Positions 11,765 through 25,874 of a stretch of DNA of 64,000 nucleotides are shown here, piece by piece. Below the pieces are notes generated by a model that saw nothing but the letters and a program-made list of their open reading frames with translations, was not told the DNA's origin and searched no databases. The position numbers and the translations under genes are program-made. Positions within the stretch are counted from its first letter, which is position 1. Each line of letters begins with the position of its first letter. The stretch is from Epiperipatus broadwayi (Eukaryota; Animalia; Onychophora), in NCBI GenBank assembly GCA_028023455.1, contig JAQFVV010000011.1:2480001-2544000 (forward strand). Reading direction: 5' to 3'.

Positions 11765-13878
11765 ATTAGATTTAAAAAAAAACCAACATTTTTCATGGTA
11801 TTATTCCCTCTTTTTCAGTTGCTACTGTCACTGGCAAAGAATCAAACATGGGACCTTTAGATTCATATTGATTGTAAGGCAATACTTTAACCAATTACAC
11901 TATTGTGTCAAAAGCAATAATCAATAGAAACTTCATATATTTATATATAAGGTTTTTTTTTTTTGCAGGCAAGATTTATGAGTGGTTTCCAAATATGAAT
12001 TATCACACTATATTCACTTATGGGATAGTTAGCCATTCTAATATTTGTTCAATTTTATTCTTTGTACTTTTTCTCTCTGTCCAATATTTTTGTCTTTTCC
12101 TGATCAAACCCATGTTCATTAGTACTTACATGATCAATACTTTAGATACATCTGTTTTTCTTGTCTAATCACTAGTTTTTGCTCTTTTAATCTGTTTTCA
12201 ATAGTATGACTGCTTTTAGTAATATATATCCTTTTAGATTCATATAGCATTATGTAAATGCAGTTTTGGTTTTTCAGTCAAATCCATAACATTCTACAAT
12301 GGATCCTAACCTTTACAAATATACCATGAAAAGAAAAGAAAACAAGAAAAACAACTCTAGAAATAAGTTTGCAGTGATTATACAAATCAGTCTGTGAATT
12401 CATAAATAGGTTCATATATAGAATATGTTGGTTCATCTTTCTGTTTGATATTTTATGATTTTTCTTTTATGATGTAGAAATATTAGCTTTGTCTAAACTG
12501 TAACGTAACATATATAGCAAAGCCTTAATGACTAGTCTGGCTTAGTTTGCTTAACTAGCTTTCAACTTTTATGAGTTATAGACATAGCAAAATAAAATAA
12601 GTAACTTGGGGTGAAAGTAGACCTCTTTCACACTAGGAGTAATTTAATTATTATATTATCCTTTCAAGTCAGATGTCTCTTGAAACACAAATAAGTGTAT
12701 ATAATTTCCATATAAACTATTAAAAAGTTCACAATCTCAGTGGCTACATTGGCACAAACAATTTATACATTATATATTAATCTTCTGCATCATCAATTTC
12801 TCTCTCCTGCTTGGTTAAGCTTCTGTCAATTACCCTTTGCTGGTAATAATCTTTTCAATACACAAACAAGTACCTGCTTACCATTGTTTCATTTTAGACA
12901 ATCATTGTTAGTCAGTCCACTAGCCAGTCTATCATGGTCCATTTTTTATTGCTGATCATATTATTATTTCACAACAACGTTTAACTGGTCTAACCATTTC
13001 ATGGGGAAATGAGAATAGCCTGAACAAGATTAGGTATTTGATTTTCATATACAATGAGACTGTAGTCTTAGACCTATAAAATGGTTATTGAGCCTATACA
13101 TGTACATGGTTTCATCCATTCAAATTTGCATACACTGCGCTCCCACAAACTTTCAAACTCAAATCCTTCCTTCACTGGAATCCATACCTATATAATTGAA
13201 TCACATAGGAAGAATAACATAAACACATATATAGCAGAGTTGCATAGTGTGTGTTACAAGAACTCCATCCTCTTACAATCCATTGGAAATTTTTAGCACA
13301 GAACATGACACCCCTACAGTCAAAAGATGGCAGAGAAAACTAATCATTAAAGTATTGCTACATATGTGCTGCATATATTTATTGTTGATTTTTCTTTTAA
13401 TTTCTTCAACATATTTTTTTTTCTCAAATACTTCAACACATCTCTAATTTTAGCTCTCCAATGTATTCTATTCTTTGCCACTTTCTCAATGGATATAGGA
13501 TATTTCTTTAAATCTTACAACATAGCTGAGGTCTACCTCTCCCACAAAAATCATACTCAAGTCCTCCATAAATCACCCTTTTAGGAAATTTAAAAAACAA
13601 CTTTTATAACTAAATGGCAGAAAAATACCTAACAAAATATTTAAAAAATGATTTAGGAATATTTTAATGGGAAAAATACTCTACATCCACATTGTAACAA
13701 CAACAACAACAAAAAAAAAAACAATTTTACTTTCCTTTTAAACTGAAAAGTAAAAACAAAAAAGAAGAAATTGCCTTCTTGATTTAATCCTATCATTGCA
13801 AAAAGGTTTGTGTTTGACAATCTATAACAATCCACTAAACCTACTATCTGTGATTTTCCTCTTTTTTACAAAAAAGAA

Positions 13879-13908
13879 GCGTTGGTGGCCTAGCGGTTAG
13901 AATAGCTG
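13879..13908 (+). pseudogene. 5' half of a tRNA-Gly(UCC)-like sequence
   Basis: gcgttggtggcctagcggttagaatagctg vs the eukaryotic tRNA-Gly(TCC) start GCGTTGGTGGTATAGTGGTTAGCATAGCTG; no 3' half follows. Confidence 0.65.
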
Positions 13909-14214
13909 GAGCTGCGCTTCCGCATTTGACGTATATAAAAAAAGAATTATTCTTACTACTGTTCTTTATTTCTGAATCTTTTTATTATTCTATATGTAGA
14001 ATGAATTTCAAGATTTTTCATATATTTAAATGTTTTAAATTATGTTTGCTATGTTTTAAATAATTTAAACAAATGATTATCTTCACAACATCCAAAAACA
14101 GATTTTTAAATTAACTTATAAAAAGAAAAGTAATAAAAGAGTTAAAGTAATTATATTGACTTTAGAATTGATAATCATCACTTTTAATTATTAGAGGTCC
14201 ACCGTATGATTTTT

Positions 14215-14570
14215 TCAAGTTAAATTCAGTTATTCCGATCCGTAGCTTTTCTTCTCCACATCCAATTTGTTAGCTTTCTTTTCATCCAGCCATTTCATGC
14301 GTGGTTACTTTCTGTGTCTTTTATAATTTTTTGAGACACACACACCTCTCAGATTTCAACAGTTTATCTGATATCTTCCTGCAATACAACCAGCCCCTCT
14401 TCATTTAATTCTTTTGATTATTTCAATAAAATCTGTTACTCTCATCCACATATTTCATTTTGAACTCTTTTTGTAACTCTTGATATACATTTTTCGTTAC
14501 TTCACTGTGTAATCTGAAGTATGCCTTCTGCCCTTTTGTTAAGATTTAAATTTCAGATTCATAAGTTAGA
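14215..14570 (-). mobile_element. Degenerate RTE-like LINE 3' fragment
   Basis: Resembles the 17712-18125 and 34748-35200 segments. Confidence 0.5.
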
Positions 14571-14807
14571 AATAATAAGATATATTTATTTTTTTAAAAA
14601 AATCTTGCTTTTAAACGTATAGAAATATTACCTTTTAATAATAACTTATTTCTACCAAAATCACTCCATCTAAGTTTAATTCTATGATCAATGTCATATA
14701 TTATGTTTTTTTTGCTAATTCCTGATTATCAATTGTAATTTTTTACTATTGTGAAAGTCATTGAATATTATTAATAATTTTTTTTTTGGTCATTCATTAG
14801 ACTAGAG

Positions 14808-15065
14808 ATTATCCAATAATGAATAATATTTCTGTAGTGAAAATTTCACAACATCACTCTGATGTAAAATCGGTACTGGTTACAATCTGCTTTTAACACC
14901 TTGTGGTAAGATGTAATCATAACCTATGACTAAAAATGTGAAAAAAATCAATGTCATGTGACTTTGGTCATATATTTCTGATTACATCTTACCACAAAGT
15001 TTTAAAAAACTGGTCCCTTACCTTGTGTGAGAGTGGTATAGTGAAAATTACATTACAAAAAGTAT
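14808..15065. mobile_element. Fold-back element of family B (no hammerhead retained)
   Basis: Imperfect inverted arms ~14826-14935 / ~14965-15065; arms match 42290-42425 and 42655-42785. Confidence 0.7.
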
Positions 15066-16190
15066 TTTCGTATCTTTAATTCTACTTGCATTTGATAACT
15101 CTTGCAATATTTTCTGGAGCTCTGAAGCATTACCTTCAAAATTTAAATGATCTAAATAATCTTCATGTATTTTTTAGTTTTTCTTTTCAATGTACAAAAT
15201 GCTATGTATAAACTGTTGTAAAAAATTTTGATGATACCGAATCACTCTGTCACCCACCATTATTATTAATCTCAGTGTAATCGTAACAGTTACGTTTTGA
15301 TAAAATATTTTTCAAAATATGACAAGATCTTGGATCTCTATTTTGATGGTCTAAAGTTTTAAATAATATGTAGTTTATCATAATCTACAAATCCAAAACA
15401 CTGGCCCTTTCTATAACTAAACTCAATATTTGGATATGATTCACCTTTAAATCCAGCTAGTTTCTTTTGAATTACTTAAATCCAAAGTTCAGACTATCTT
15501 GATAAAGATCTTGAATAGAACTGGTAGACGATGGATATCACTACTGCATCTTTCAATCATCTGGTCTATCTTTTATATGTAGATGTTTGATTTTTTTGCC
15601 AACAGTTTTTTTATTTCTTTACCAATTACTTTTAACATATCAATAATAAATCCATGATTTTTTGGAGATTCCTCCCTTTTTTATATAGATTTAATCCTCT
15701 TTAAGATTTGCTGCAGTGGCAGATTTTGAACCTTAAGATACTCAGATTGTATCCAGTTCCATCACTTTCTTGAATTCCCAATCAATGAAGTTGTTTGACT
15801 ATTTATTTATGGAATTTAATTATATATCCGACTTCTTCTTTTAAAATGCTTGGTAAATCAGATATAATTGTAGAGATTGCTTTGATTTTATGTTCCTTAT
15901 TGTTATATAAGTATTTGTAAAACTTTTCCACACATTTCATATCATTACTTTTTTTTATTCAATTGCTAAAACAACTTTCCCTCTGATATCCTTTAAATTT
16001 TTGAGACTTTTGTTTTTTTAATAATTCTTTTTTATACAATTTTACAAAATTCCAGATATTCAATTCTTATTGGATTATTTTTATATTTCTTCTTTTCTTT
16101 ATAAACTATTTTCTCAGATGAATATTGTTACATGGTGCAAAGAATTCTACTAACATTACCATATGTATAACAGCAGCCAAATGTAATTCA
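15065..16190 (-). mobile_element. Degenerate RTE LINE internal fragment (RT region)
   Basis: Minus strand QCFGFVDYDK at ~15380-15410 (cf. LCFGFVDYEKAFD at 35.8 kb) and LAGFK; many stops. Confidence 0.6.
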
Positions 16191-16596
16191 CCTAAACTAT
16201 AAATTTTACAAAAAAGAATCAGTTCTTAAGTAGAATGACTGCTGGAAGCTTGCCAGCCATTTTATTTCAAACAATCCATTTTCTATGGCTCCTAGTATAA
16301 ACAATACGCATTACCATATTCAATATTTACCTTTTTATTTATTTATTAAAATGATAAATAAAAAAACATATAAGTCCAAAGGGTCGTAATAAAAATTTTT
16401 TTTAATGTAAATTCACTACATCTGCTGCAAACTAATCTCAGTGCACTCACAAACAATATTTTGCAGCTTTCTAACCACATTCTTTTCCAAATAGATGGGT
16501 GTTTAGAACATGTTTGCACTCAACACCCCCATTTCATTTCCTTTCGCACATAAAGGGTCGTATCATGCCCATTATTATAACTTTTCAGGTGTGAAC

Positions 16597-17312
16597 GATC
16601 CTGTAATTTTGAAAATATTCAAATGCACCTTGTTTTGTTGATGAAAGATTCCAAACTTTAATCATGTTTCCAAAAATAAGGCAAAAAAACAAATGTTAAA
16701 AAAATTACCATATGTCAATGAATGTTTTAAAAAATAATAATTTTAGCATATGTTATCTGTTCACCTCCTATTAAGTGCTTATCATGTGTTAACATTTGGA
16801 TATTATGTTGCGAATGGAATTTATTAAAAAATGTATTCAATTTTTTTAAATTAACATTTAATTTAGAATACATGTTAATATTTTTTAAAGTTAACAAGCT
16901 ATAAATGTTTAAGAAAATAATTTTGAGAAGAAAAAAATATAAATAAATACTTCGACCCTGAAAATAGTTAATTTTTTTTTCTCAAAATTATTTTCTCCAG
17001 TATGTATAACTTTTAAAAATATGAACAAATGTATTCCAAATGGAATGTTAATTTTAAAAAATTCAAATTATACATTTTTCAATAAATTTCATTCACAAAA
17101 TAACGTCCAAATGTTAACACATGGTGAACACTTAACACGATGCAAACAGATAACACATGGCTAAAATTATCATTATTTTTTTAATATTCATTAACATGGT
17201 GATTTTTTTAACATTTTTTTTTTTTTACTTTCTCATTTTTGGAAATGTAATTAAAATTTGAAATCTTTCATTAATAGAACAAGATGTAGTGAAATATTTA
17301 CAAAATTTTATT
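16597..17312. mobile_element. Large imperfect palindrome, MITE/fold-back-like
   Basis: Arms of ~340 bp align in inverted orientation around a centre near 16950 (e.g. aaataattttgagaagaaaaaaa / ttttttttctcaaaattatttt; tgtgttaacatttgga / tccaaatgttaacaca). Confidence 0.7.
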
Positions 17313-17711
17313 ATCTTTTTAATAAATAATAAAGAAGTAAATATTGAATACAGTAACTTAGTCAGTCATCTCTATTGGTTATACTAGAAGCCCGTGAAAA
17401 TGGATTATTTAAAATACAGCAGCCGACAAGCTTCTGGCAGGGATTTTACATAAGTACCAAAGAATTTAAGCAATGTTCCAAGATCAATTAAATAATCTAG
17501 CAATAATTTTTTTAAAAAATGATTTATCTAAAATCACAAATTATAAAAAAAAACTAATAAGCTATTTCCTGTAACTAAAGTCTGAAGAATAATTTATTGT
17601 CTTTGTTTTGTTTTTTTTTATTCTCTGCATTTTTTATTACATTTTAATTCATTTCATTTCATTTTTCTATATTTCTTTTAGTTTCATAAAAAAACATTGT
17701 TATATTTAGTA

Positions 17712-18125
17712 CATATTTTTTCCCTATTATTCATCATCATCAACCATTATCAATCCATTGCAGGACGACAGTCTCTCCAATCCATCTTCTTCAATCTTTA
17801 GCTTCTCTTCTCCACATCACCCCTGCACATTTTCTTATTTCATCCATCCATCTCACATGTGGTCTTTTTCTAGATCTTTTACAATCTCTTGGAATTCAGT
17901 TTAAAATTTCAATTGACCATCTATTATCATCTCTTCTAGCAATGTGTCCAGCCCAACTCCACTTCAGTCTTTTAATTTTTTCAATGAGATCAATAACACC
18001 TGTTTGTTCTCTTACCCATATATTGCATTTTTGATCTCTTCTTGCTACTCCTAACATGCATCTCTCCATACTTCTTTGAATGGTTTGAACTCTCTGCATT
18101 GCTCTTCTATTAAGTGTTTCTATTA
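17712..18125 (-). mobile_element. RTE-clade LINE 3' end
   Basis: ORF 17896-18099 reads QRSMERCMLGVARRD...IKRLKWSWAGHIARRDDNRWS, typical of the RTE C-terminus; (GAT)n tail at ~17712-17722. Confidence 0.9.
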
Positions 18126-18692
18126 ATATGTATTGCTTTCTTCAGTATCTTAATTAAATAAAAAATAGACTTTTGTAATAATTAGTTTGCTACATGGCAA
18201 AGACATTCTAGCTGTCTCTCCAAGAGAAAACGGTGAAGAAGAAGGCAGCATTTATCAAGCTTTCGATTTGTCAGATAATGAGTGTTTGAATATAATGTGC
18301 TTGTTTTATTCTCTAATAGCTGTAGACCCATTTAATCAATCAATGTTGGATAGTAATCTATGTTATTAATGGCTACCTACCTGAAAAAAAATTTGTAAAT
18401 CTTTTAAAAAAATTTTTATTTAGCTTGGATTTAAGTAATTCGTAATAGATTTGTTAGACAATGTGTTATCTCTGTAGCACGAAACACTTATAAATAATTT
18501 TAAAACGGGCAATTTTTAAGGCTTGCCCTCAAGCACCAAAGTTTATTATCCCCTGCTCTGGTTGAGGTTGCAGCAAAATTATACTTTAATGATATATTTT
18601 ATCCTGTACTTTTTGCATTGCACATACTATTTTAGATTTGTATTATTATTTGGCATACGAATGTGAAAAACTAATTTAACTATCAATGTTTA

Positions 18693-18805
18693 GTCTTGTG
18701 TTGTTAGCCGAGAGGTATCGCAGCCGCCATGCAAGCAAGTAGTTGGTTGCAGACGGTTGAGGTTCGTGTCCCGGCCGATGCTATGACATATGAAAAAAAA
18801 AAAAA
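18693..18805 (+). mobile_element. tRNA-derived SINE with poly(A) tail and 15-bp TSD
   Basis: A-box-like tagccgagagg, B-box-like ggttcgtgtcc, poly(A); aactatcaatgttta at 18678-18692 and 18806-18820. Confidence 0.9.
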
Positions 18806-19568
18806 AACTATCAATGTTTATTTAAAGATTATTATTCATATCTAATGGTTGTAAAAATATTAATTATTTTCATATTTCTTTATTCTATTCCTACCATGTA
18901 ATATGTGTTTTCATAACCATAATATGCAGTGTAACAAATTTTATTAGTGAATGCACTATTTCTCCACCATAAGGTTTTTCAAAACTATTTAATATCTAGT
19001 GAAATCTGTTTCAAAAATTAACATTTAATTATATCTATATCTTTAAAAAAAAAAAAAACCAAGAAAGACAGCTGAATGAATATGGAATTTTATAGTCAAA
19101 TTATTTGAATAGATAAAACTGTAGAGAAAGTAGTGAAAAATCCATAATTTTGATTTGACTCCATTTTATTTATCATTAGTTTTGAATAACAAAAATGAAT
19201 TGCTAGTTAATAGTTCAAATTTTTGGAAATTTTATAAAAACAAAAGAGAAAATTTCATGTCAGAATTCCAGTTACTTCACTTACATTTGTAGTTATATAT
19301 TACATACAGGTTAGTGTCCAACATGTTGATATTCTGCACTAACTTATGGGTTATTACTAACATGTGAATATATTTGAAAAGGCATAAGAAAAGGTTGAAT
19401 TTTTCTAAAAAACATCTAGCAATTAAACTAGATGATAGAAATGGTCAAACGTATAATTATAAGTAAAATGTCATCATCACAATCCTTTATAGAAACTATA
19501 CTTGATTTACAAATTCTCAGAACTTGATTATTCTCTAAATATCTTTGAACAACAGTGAGAATTGACTG

Positions 19569-19881
19569 AGCCCATAAACATCACATGATCATCATTTCTT
19601 ATGCTTGCTTATAACTGTTATTAAACAGGCAAAACTCCCTATATGTATTACCACTCAGTGCAAACCAGAGGAATCAATGGATGCCAGAAGGCTTGTGCAT
19701 AAAATCTCCATCTAGTGCCTACTCATCCAATATCCCCAGACTAGTTTCTGACTTGTGGGCTTCATCAGGGAGGATGAGTAGGCACTAGATAGGGATTTTA
19801 TGCCCAAGCCTTCTGGCATCCATTGATTACTCTGGCTTGCACTGAGTGGCAATACATATAGAGAGTTTTGACTGTTTTAAT
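19569..19881 (-). mobile_element. Fold-back element with central hammerhead motif (HHR family 2)
   Basis: Inverted arms start at 19620 and end at 19881; 51-nt tail 19569-19619 (shared with the 29590 copy); flanking repeat tgagaattgaYtR 19556-19568 / 19881-19893 (11/13). Confidence 0.85.
19732..19775 (-). ncRNA. Degenerate minimal type I hammerhead ribozyme
   Basis: AUCCUCC-CUGAUGA-AGCCCACAAGUCA-GAAA-CUAG-UC/UGGGGAU; core intact, palindromic ACUAGU, stem I 6/7 pairs, stem II weak. Confidence 0.7.
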
Positions 19882-21526
19882 GAGAATTGATTAACTCGCT
19901 TTGCAATGTTTTTCTTAATCTTATGGCTTGTTCTTTTTCATTAAAGCTCTATTTTTTTTTTTTTAGATAAGAGCAAACACCAGAATCCAAAGATTAGCAC
20001 TATAACCATGGGATTCATCACGATTACATACTTCATCTTACAATAATTTAGCTCATATTTAAAGCTCTATATACATGAAGATAAAAGTAGTTTTTTTAAA
20101 AAAAAATCCAATAGCAAAGCAAAGTCCTCTCTAACGTTACTTATAGAAGAACACTGAACAAGAAGATAGTACTCAATAGGCTTGACAATTGCTGAATGAG
20201 GAAGGGTTGAGTAGTTTCCCACACTTGCTTTATCCTTTATCTATGAATTGCCAGATACCCTGTTACAAACCAATTGGATATTTAGTTGGGTTGGCAATGG
20301 ACAAGCTACCTGAAATAAGTCTTAAGCCTCTTGGAAATAATTTTATTTAGCCCAAATTCTAACACTAGGACAAAGATATGGCAAAAGGATGTGCTATTTC
20401 TCTACCATGAGGTTTTTCAAAGCTATTTAATTAATAGCCTGGCAAAACATTTAAATCAAGAAGGATAGTAGAATAAATGTAGTATTTTATAATCAATTTT
20501 TGCAAAATATAAGAACGAAAAGGGAGCAGAAACAGATTTAAAAGAAAATGTACAATTTCTATATGATAAAAATGCTGCAAAGACGAATAAGGAAGGAAAA
20601 AAATCTTTTATTTTTTTATGTTGGAAATAAAAAAGCCTTTATCCTGAGGGAAGTTTTTGTTTTTGACCTCATAAAACAAAGTAAAAAAAAAATTCAAATC
20701 ACAGTTGTTGTTTTTTTTTTGAAAAAAAAACGGTAACTTTCAAGCAAGATAAAAAATAACTTTAAAAAAATTATATCAAGCAAAATAAACATCATTAAAG
20801 ACACATTCTTGTTAAAGATTAAAATTATTTCATGTTTACAGAATGGATTTACGTCTTTAATATAATACGCCCTCTTTAGGCAATGTTAACATTCAATTAA
20901 AAAAATACAGTAAAGTATTTTTTCTTTTCTCTTTTATGAGCAAAATATTGTTTCCAAATTAACAATATCTTATTATTTATTAATTGAAACAAACTGATAA
21001 ATAGTTTACACACATTATACAATAGTCTAAAATTAATTTCTCATAATATTATTTTGTTAACAAAATTATTAAACGTTGGACAAAATTTGCAAAAAATTAC
21101 GCGACGGTTTATTTTCATTATCTGATTAATACAAAATTTGTATACGACATTTTAAAAATATATAAATTTTCGTAAAATAATCTTTAGTTCATCTGTATAT
21201 ACGATCTAAATATTATATATTGCATTCTGTTTACATTTAAGTATACTTTTAGGAATAACATTTCATTCTACTAAAACCTAAGTTCCTCTCTGATAAAATT
21301 CTGGGAATGGTGGTCATGATAGAACAACCATCTAGAGTTCACTGATTATATCAAACTTAGAATAAATCTTCTGAAGTAAAGCAAATAGAGTAAATTATTT
21401 CTAAAATTATGATATATTGTAATTTAAAAAACAAGTATATTGACACAATGCCTAAATATTACTTACTTTTTCATATTTTTTATTTATCCATAATCATATA
21501 ATCATTAAAATCAGTTAATATTTAGA

Positions 21527-21585
21527 TAATCCCAATATCAATAACAATCAACAATCTCAACCTGTTGTCAAGGCAACCACCTTTT
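21527..21585 (+). repeat. Short dispersed repeat (second copy ~61918-61978)
   Basis: cccaatatcaataacaatcaacaatYtcaaMctgttgtcaaggcaacc is present at both loci. Confidence 0.75.
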
Positions 21586-22041
21586 AACAATAATTATGGA
21601 ATACCACCTTTATTCAAGGTCCAATACATTTATATAGATACTAAAGATTGCAACTTGACCCCAGAGACTACAGACTAATAAATAATCAAGTATAATTGAT
21701 TTCATTCTTAATAATAGAACAAATATTAACTTTTAAAGACTTTCCAAAAAGTTTGCTCTGTTGCAATTTCAAAAATTGTCACTATTTTAGTTTATAAGTA
21801 ACATAATTATTTACTATCTTAAAGATTTAAGAAAATACATTGCAAAAATATCAAAAAGACTTCTATTATATCTCAACTATTGATATTTAAAAAAAAAAAT
21901 TAATTAAATATAGTTTAAATATTATGTAGGGAATCGGTCAGAATTGTATGCTCATTTAACAAGGTTTAGAATCTAAGCAAAAGTACCCTAAATCCATTCA
22001 TGCCCGGGATACACAGGTCAGGAGCAATCATGAATTCTGCC

Positions 22042-22148
22042 CTATTTGCTCTTCTCTAAAACTATAACATTATGAACAACACTTCTGATGATAACAGATG
22101 AAATTTTATTCATTCCGGTCCCGGAGACACAGTGGAGAAACATGAGAT
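22042..22148 (-). CDS. Candidate exon of the minus-strand host gene (to first in-frame stop)
   Basis: Acceptor ataattaccttgtag|; phase matches the 22592 exon, giving ...LLE-D-LMFLHCVSGTGMNKISSVII...; 3' boundary uncertain. Confidence 0.3.
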
Positions 22149-22591
22149 CTACAAGGTAATTATTATAAATAAAATATCAAATCTTGGCTCAGTCAAATAT
22201 CTTATGTGAAGGGAAAATCTATAAATTTAAATAAATTGCAACAGCTAGCATTATGAAAGAAATATGAATTATGATATAGTCTCCATCCAGAAAGAGCAAA
22301 ACAGAACAACCCAGAGAAAAATGTTCATTAAAGTAATCAGTTATAACTTTTAAATAATATTAATATTATTATAAGGATTAAATGAGATTCAATGAGTGAG
22401 AGTCAGTAAGACACAATGCATGAGTAATTATTAACACATAATAATTTAATGAATATAAACAATTTTAATTTACATTAGAAAACATAGCACAGATTTAATG
22501 TGGTCAATAATTTGCACATAGGCAAACGGTTTAGTATGCTAATGAGCTGCAAATAAAAATATATTAATATTACTAACACTATGATCATTAC

Positions 22592-22693
22592 CTTCAAGTA
22601 ATGATGAAAAGATATTTATAAATTCACCTCCAAAGAGAGGTTTATTCTTGATATGACAGCTAAACAACTTATCGTTCATGAACACATCCAGGC
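22592..22693 (-). CDS. Candidate 102-nt phase 1-1 exon of the minus-strand host gene
   Basis: cctcatttgtacag| acceptor, |gtaatg donor, only one open frame: LDVFMNDKLFSCHIKNKPLFGGEFINIFSSLLE. Confidence 0.5.
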
Positions 22694-24148
22694 CTGTACA
22701 AATGAGGAAGGGGTTAGCTTAAATAAGCCTTACTATGACAATCCTAAAAATATTCTATTAATTATTAAATGAATGGTTTATGAACATCACTGCATCACGT
22801 CTTATAGATAATATGGAACTACACATAAGGAAGAGAACTCGCAGTGCTGACTAAAATGATAGCATTAGAAATGAAATACATGTCCATCTTTGGACTGGAA
22901 GGCTTTATCATATATAAGAATCCACTTATATTTATAACAAGGCAGTATTCGAAGAGAGGAGTGGTAACGTTTCCATGATACGTTTGCCGACATTACCAAT
23001 GCAGAGCCTTAACAATCTAATGTTTGTCCTGAGATCGGTACTACCAAATCTCATTCTTAGACAAGTTACATGAAGAAAATCCGGGACTTCCAGAGGAATA
23101 AGTATGATAAAGCAAAATACGAATTCTTGAAAATGCTATCATAAGTAAGCATCGCGAATATAGCTTAAGTCTTAAATGACTAATGCATTAATTCAAGCTT
23201 AATAAAACAACAGTATCATGCGTAACACCATGACAAAATATTAACCCACTCAGCAACGTACGTAAAATCTTAGCAAATTAAGATGTCAAATGTAGAAGAG
23301 GGGAAAATATTATTTTCCTATTTAATAAGCCCCAAGTATTCTTAAATAAAATTATATTATAAGCAAGTTAACGCCTCAATAGCATGAAAGCAATAAATAA
23401 TTATTAAAATAGATTAATAATCAGATTTATTTAGAGAACATAAAATGCATTTAAATCGATAGCATCAACAACAAAAAGTTTATCTTATCCCATAATATGA
23501 CTTTTTAAACAATCCGCCATTAAGCATATATTTTCAAAATATTCAATCGAATGAACTATGATCAATAAGAAAATTTTACATTTAACTATTTAAATATTCC
23601 AAATATCGGAATGATGGCTGAAAATAATATACGTTCGCTAGATTGAAACATTAGCATACTAAAATTAATTCAATAAAATACATTGTTTCAAATAAGTTTT
23701 GCCGCATAAAAATAAGATAACTAAAGTGTGAAACTTTAAAACTAAGATAGATTTAAAATACATAATTCTGTGCTAGCATTTTATATAACGAGATTTTTAA
23801 AGCTCTAGAGAGAAAATCATAAATTTAACAATGACAATAACTGAGCTTATAGTCAGTGTTCCTATAAATAAAAGAATACATTATGAATATAATTAGAATT
23901 TAGGAAAGAAGTGAGGAATATTAAGAGTTCATTCTTCGGCAAAATGGATTACCTTTAGAAGTTATGGCTGCCATTTAGAATAACATATACAAAGGTCAGC
24001 AAGGTACAATATTAACAAAATAATGGTAAACATCTTCCAATAGTTCTTTCACAGTTAAACATAACATTTCTCAAGTAGTGATGGCATGGCGGAAAAGGCA
24101 GGACAAAGGCGATCTAAGATCAGGGAGGCAAATCTTTCCACTACTCAC

Positions 24149-24235
24149 AAGTCATTCTGTTTTCACTCCCTAATTGAACACAAGAGAAAGGGTGATTTGA
24201 ACTCTTTTTGCACGTTCCTAGAACTTTTACTCCTC
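24149..24235 (-). CDS. Candidate 87-nt phase 1-1 exon
   Basis: tttcaaatatag| acceptor, |gtgagt donor; GVKVLGTCKKSSNHPFSCVQLGSENRMT, phase-compatible with 22592-22693. Confidence 0.4.
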
Positions 24236-24774
24236 CTATATTTGAAATTAGGCAATATTGGAAGATGTAAACAAATATGTTTCAGAAAGCATTATTTAAA
24301 CATATTTTTTTAAAAATTGGAAATAGTTTTAAGGATATGGTTTTGTTAACTTGTAACTTAAAATAGTTAAATGAGAATGACATTTTTTAAATTGTAATAA
24401 TACCTTCTAGAACTTTCTGGCATTGCTTTAGCTTAACATTAATCGCATTTATTTTCGTATCTGAAATATATATACGCATATACACATTTATCTAAGTGAA
24501 GGGAATTTACAAGCTTGGAAGTAAAATATAATTAAGTTAAAATAATAACACATCTGGTTAAACATAACCATTTGGAATAAACAGGGTGGAAGTTATATGT
24601 GTATATGTGTGTGCTTAACATTCCTGGATGACCAAATAAACATAAACTGGTTCAAACCCTACTTTAAAGGTATGTAATGTCATCAGGCAGTGAAGCTAAA
24701 TATGTACTACAGATTTACCACTTCAGTAGTAGTGAAGCCGGATATTTGTTCCAGCAGAAGAAAAATTCACTTAC

Positions 24775-24828
24775 AAGCTTAGGATTGTTTTTAGATAATT
24801 TCCTCATAGCTATATTAATGCCGGTGTG
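24775..24828 (-). CDS. Candidate 54-nt phase 0-0 exon
   Basis: tttttttctttatgtgtag| acceptor, |gtaagt donor; only frame 0 open: HTGINIAMRKLSKNNPKL. Confidence 0.45.
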
Positions 24829-25874
24829 CTACACATAAAGAAAAAAATCAACAGCAATGCAATTTTTATCCATAATAAAATTTAATACGCTAATCTTCAA
24901 TAATGATTGGGTAATGTTTGCTGACAGAGAATGAATTATTCATAAAGGAAATCTATTTTACATAAAAATTAACTATAATAATAAATATGATTGTGAATTA
25001 AAAAGTTACTAATAAGTTAAAATTATAACACTAATATAAGCATTTACCACTTTTCAGTTATTGGTCTTATTTATAAATGCTATACATCAACTTACATTAA
25101 ATAGACATTAAAGAATTAAAACTTTAACTTTGAAAGTTTCAAAATATTAAATAAAATTGTCAGATAGTAAGTGATTTGAATATCATACTACTTGAGTTGT
25201 TTCCAACTCTTTGGCCTTCTTATGGTCAAAGACATTGTTTTATACTGCCGCATGCAGTGATCACGTATTACTCGTATCCCACTATTTAAGCTAAAAAACT
25301 TAAATACTTCAAACATCCCAAGTACAAACTTGTCTGTTGATACTTTTTTAGCAACTATATTCTTAACTCATTTTAAATAACTAACCATTTTGGCTAAAGG
25401 AATAATAAAACTAATAAGTACTAATAAACTTCTAATCTTATGTTAATTAGATAACTGTGTTGTATGTCTTCAATTCTAGAAGCACAATATTTTAATTTCA
25501 CAATTATGATCCATTTCAACAAATGTAAAACAATTATTCATTTGCTACACAAAGTTTTTAACAAGTTATTTTTGCAAAGTCTGTTATTTAATTATTCTAT
25601 TTTGGACTTTTTAAAACAGGAATTCCTAAATTTTTTTTGGAATAAAAACCACATAAATAATCTTTTTAATGAATGATGGATGAGAGAAAATGAGTTTTTT
25701 AGAAGAACATCTCCAAATCTAGGAGCAAAAAAGATCTGAAAGTCAAAATCAAATTAAATAATGCATTTCATTAAATACAATTTTAAAAACTGAACAATAT
25801 ATTAAAAACAAAAAATTTCATGTGATGCATGCCACTGTTTGCCTTCTCTGATTTTTGTAACATCAGGTTTAATA

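Noticed and set aside
22085-22112. Isolated CTGATGA...GAAA matches (also 7332, 60684, 61231)
   Set aside because: No stem II or stem I pairing; expected by chance in AT-rich DNA.
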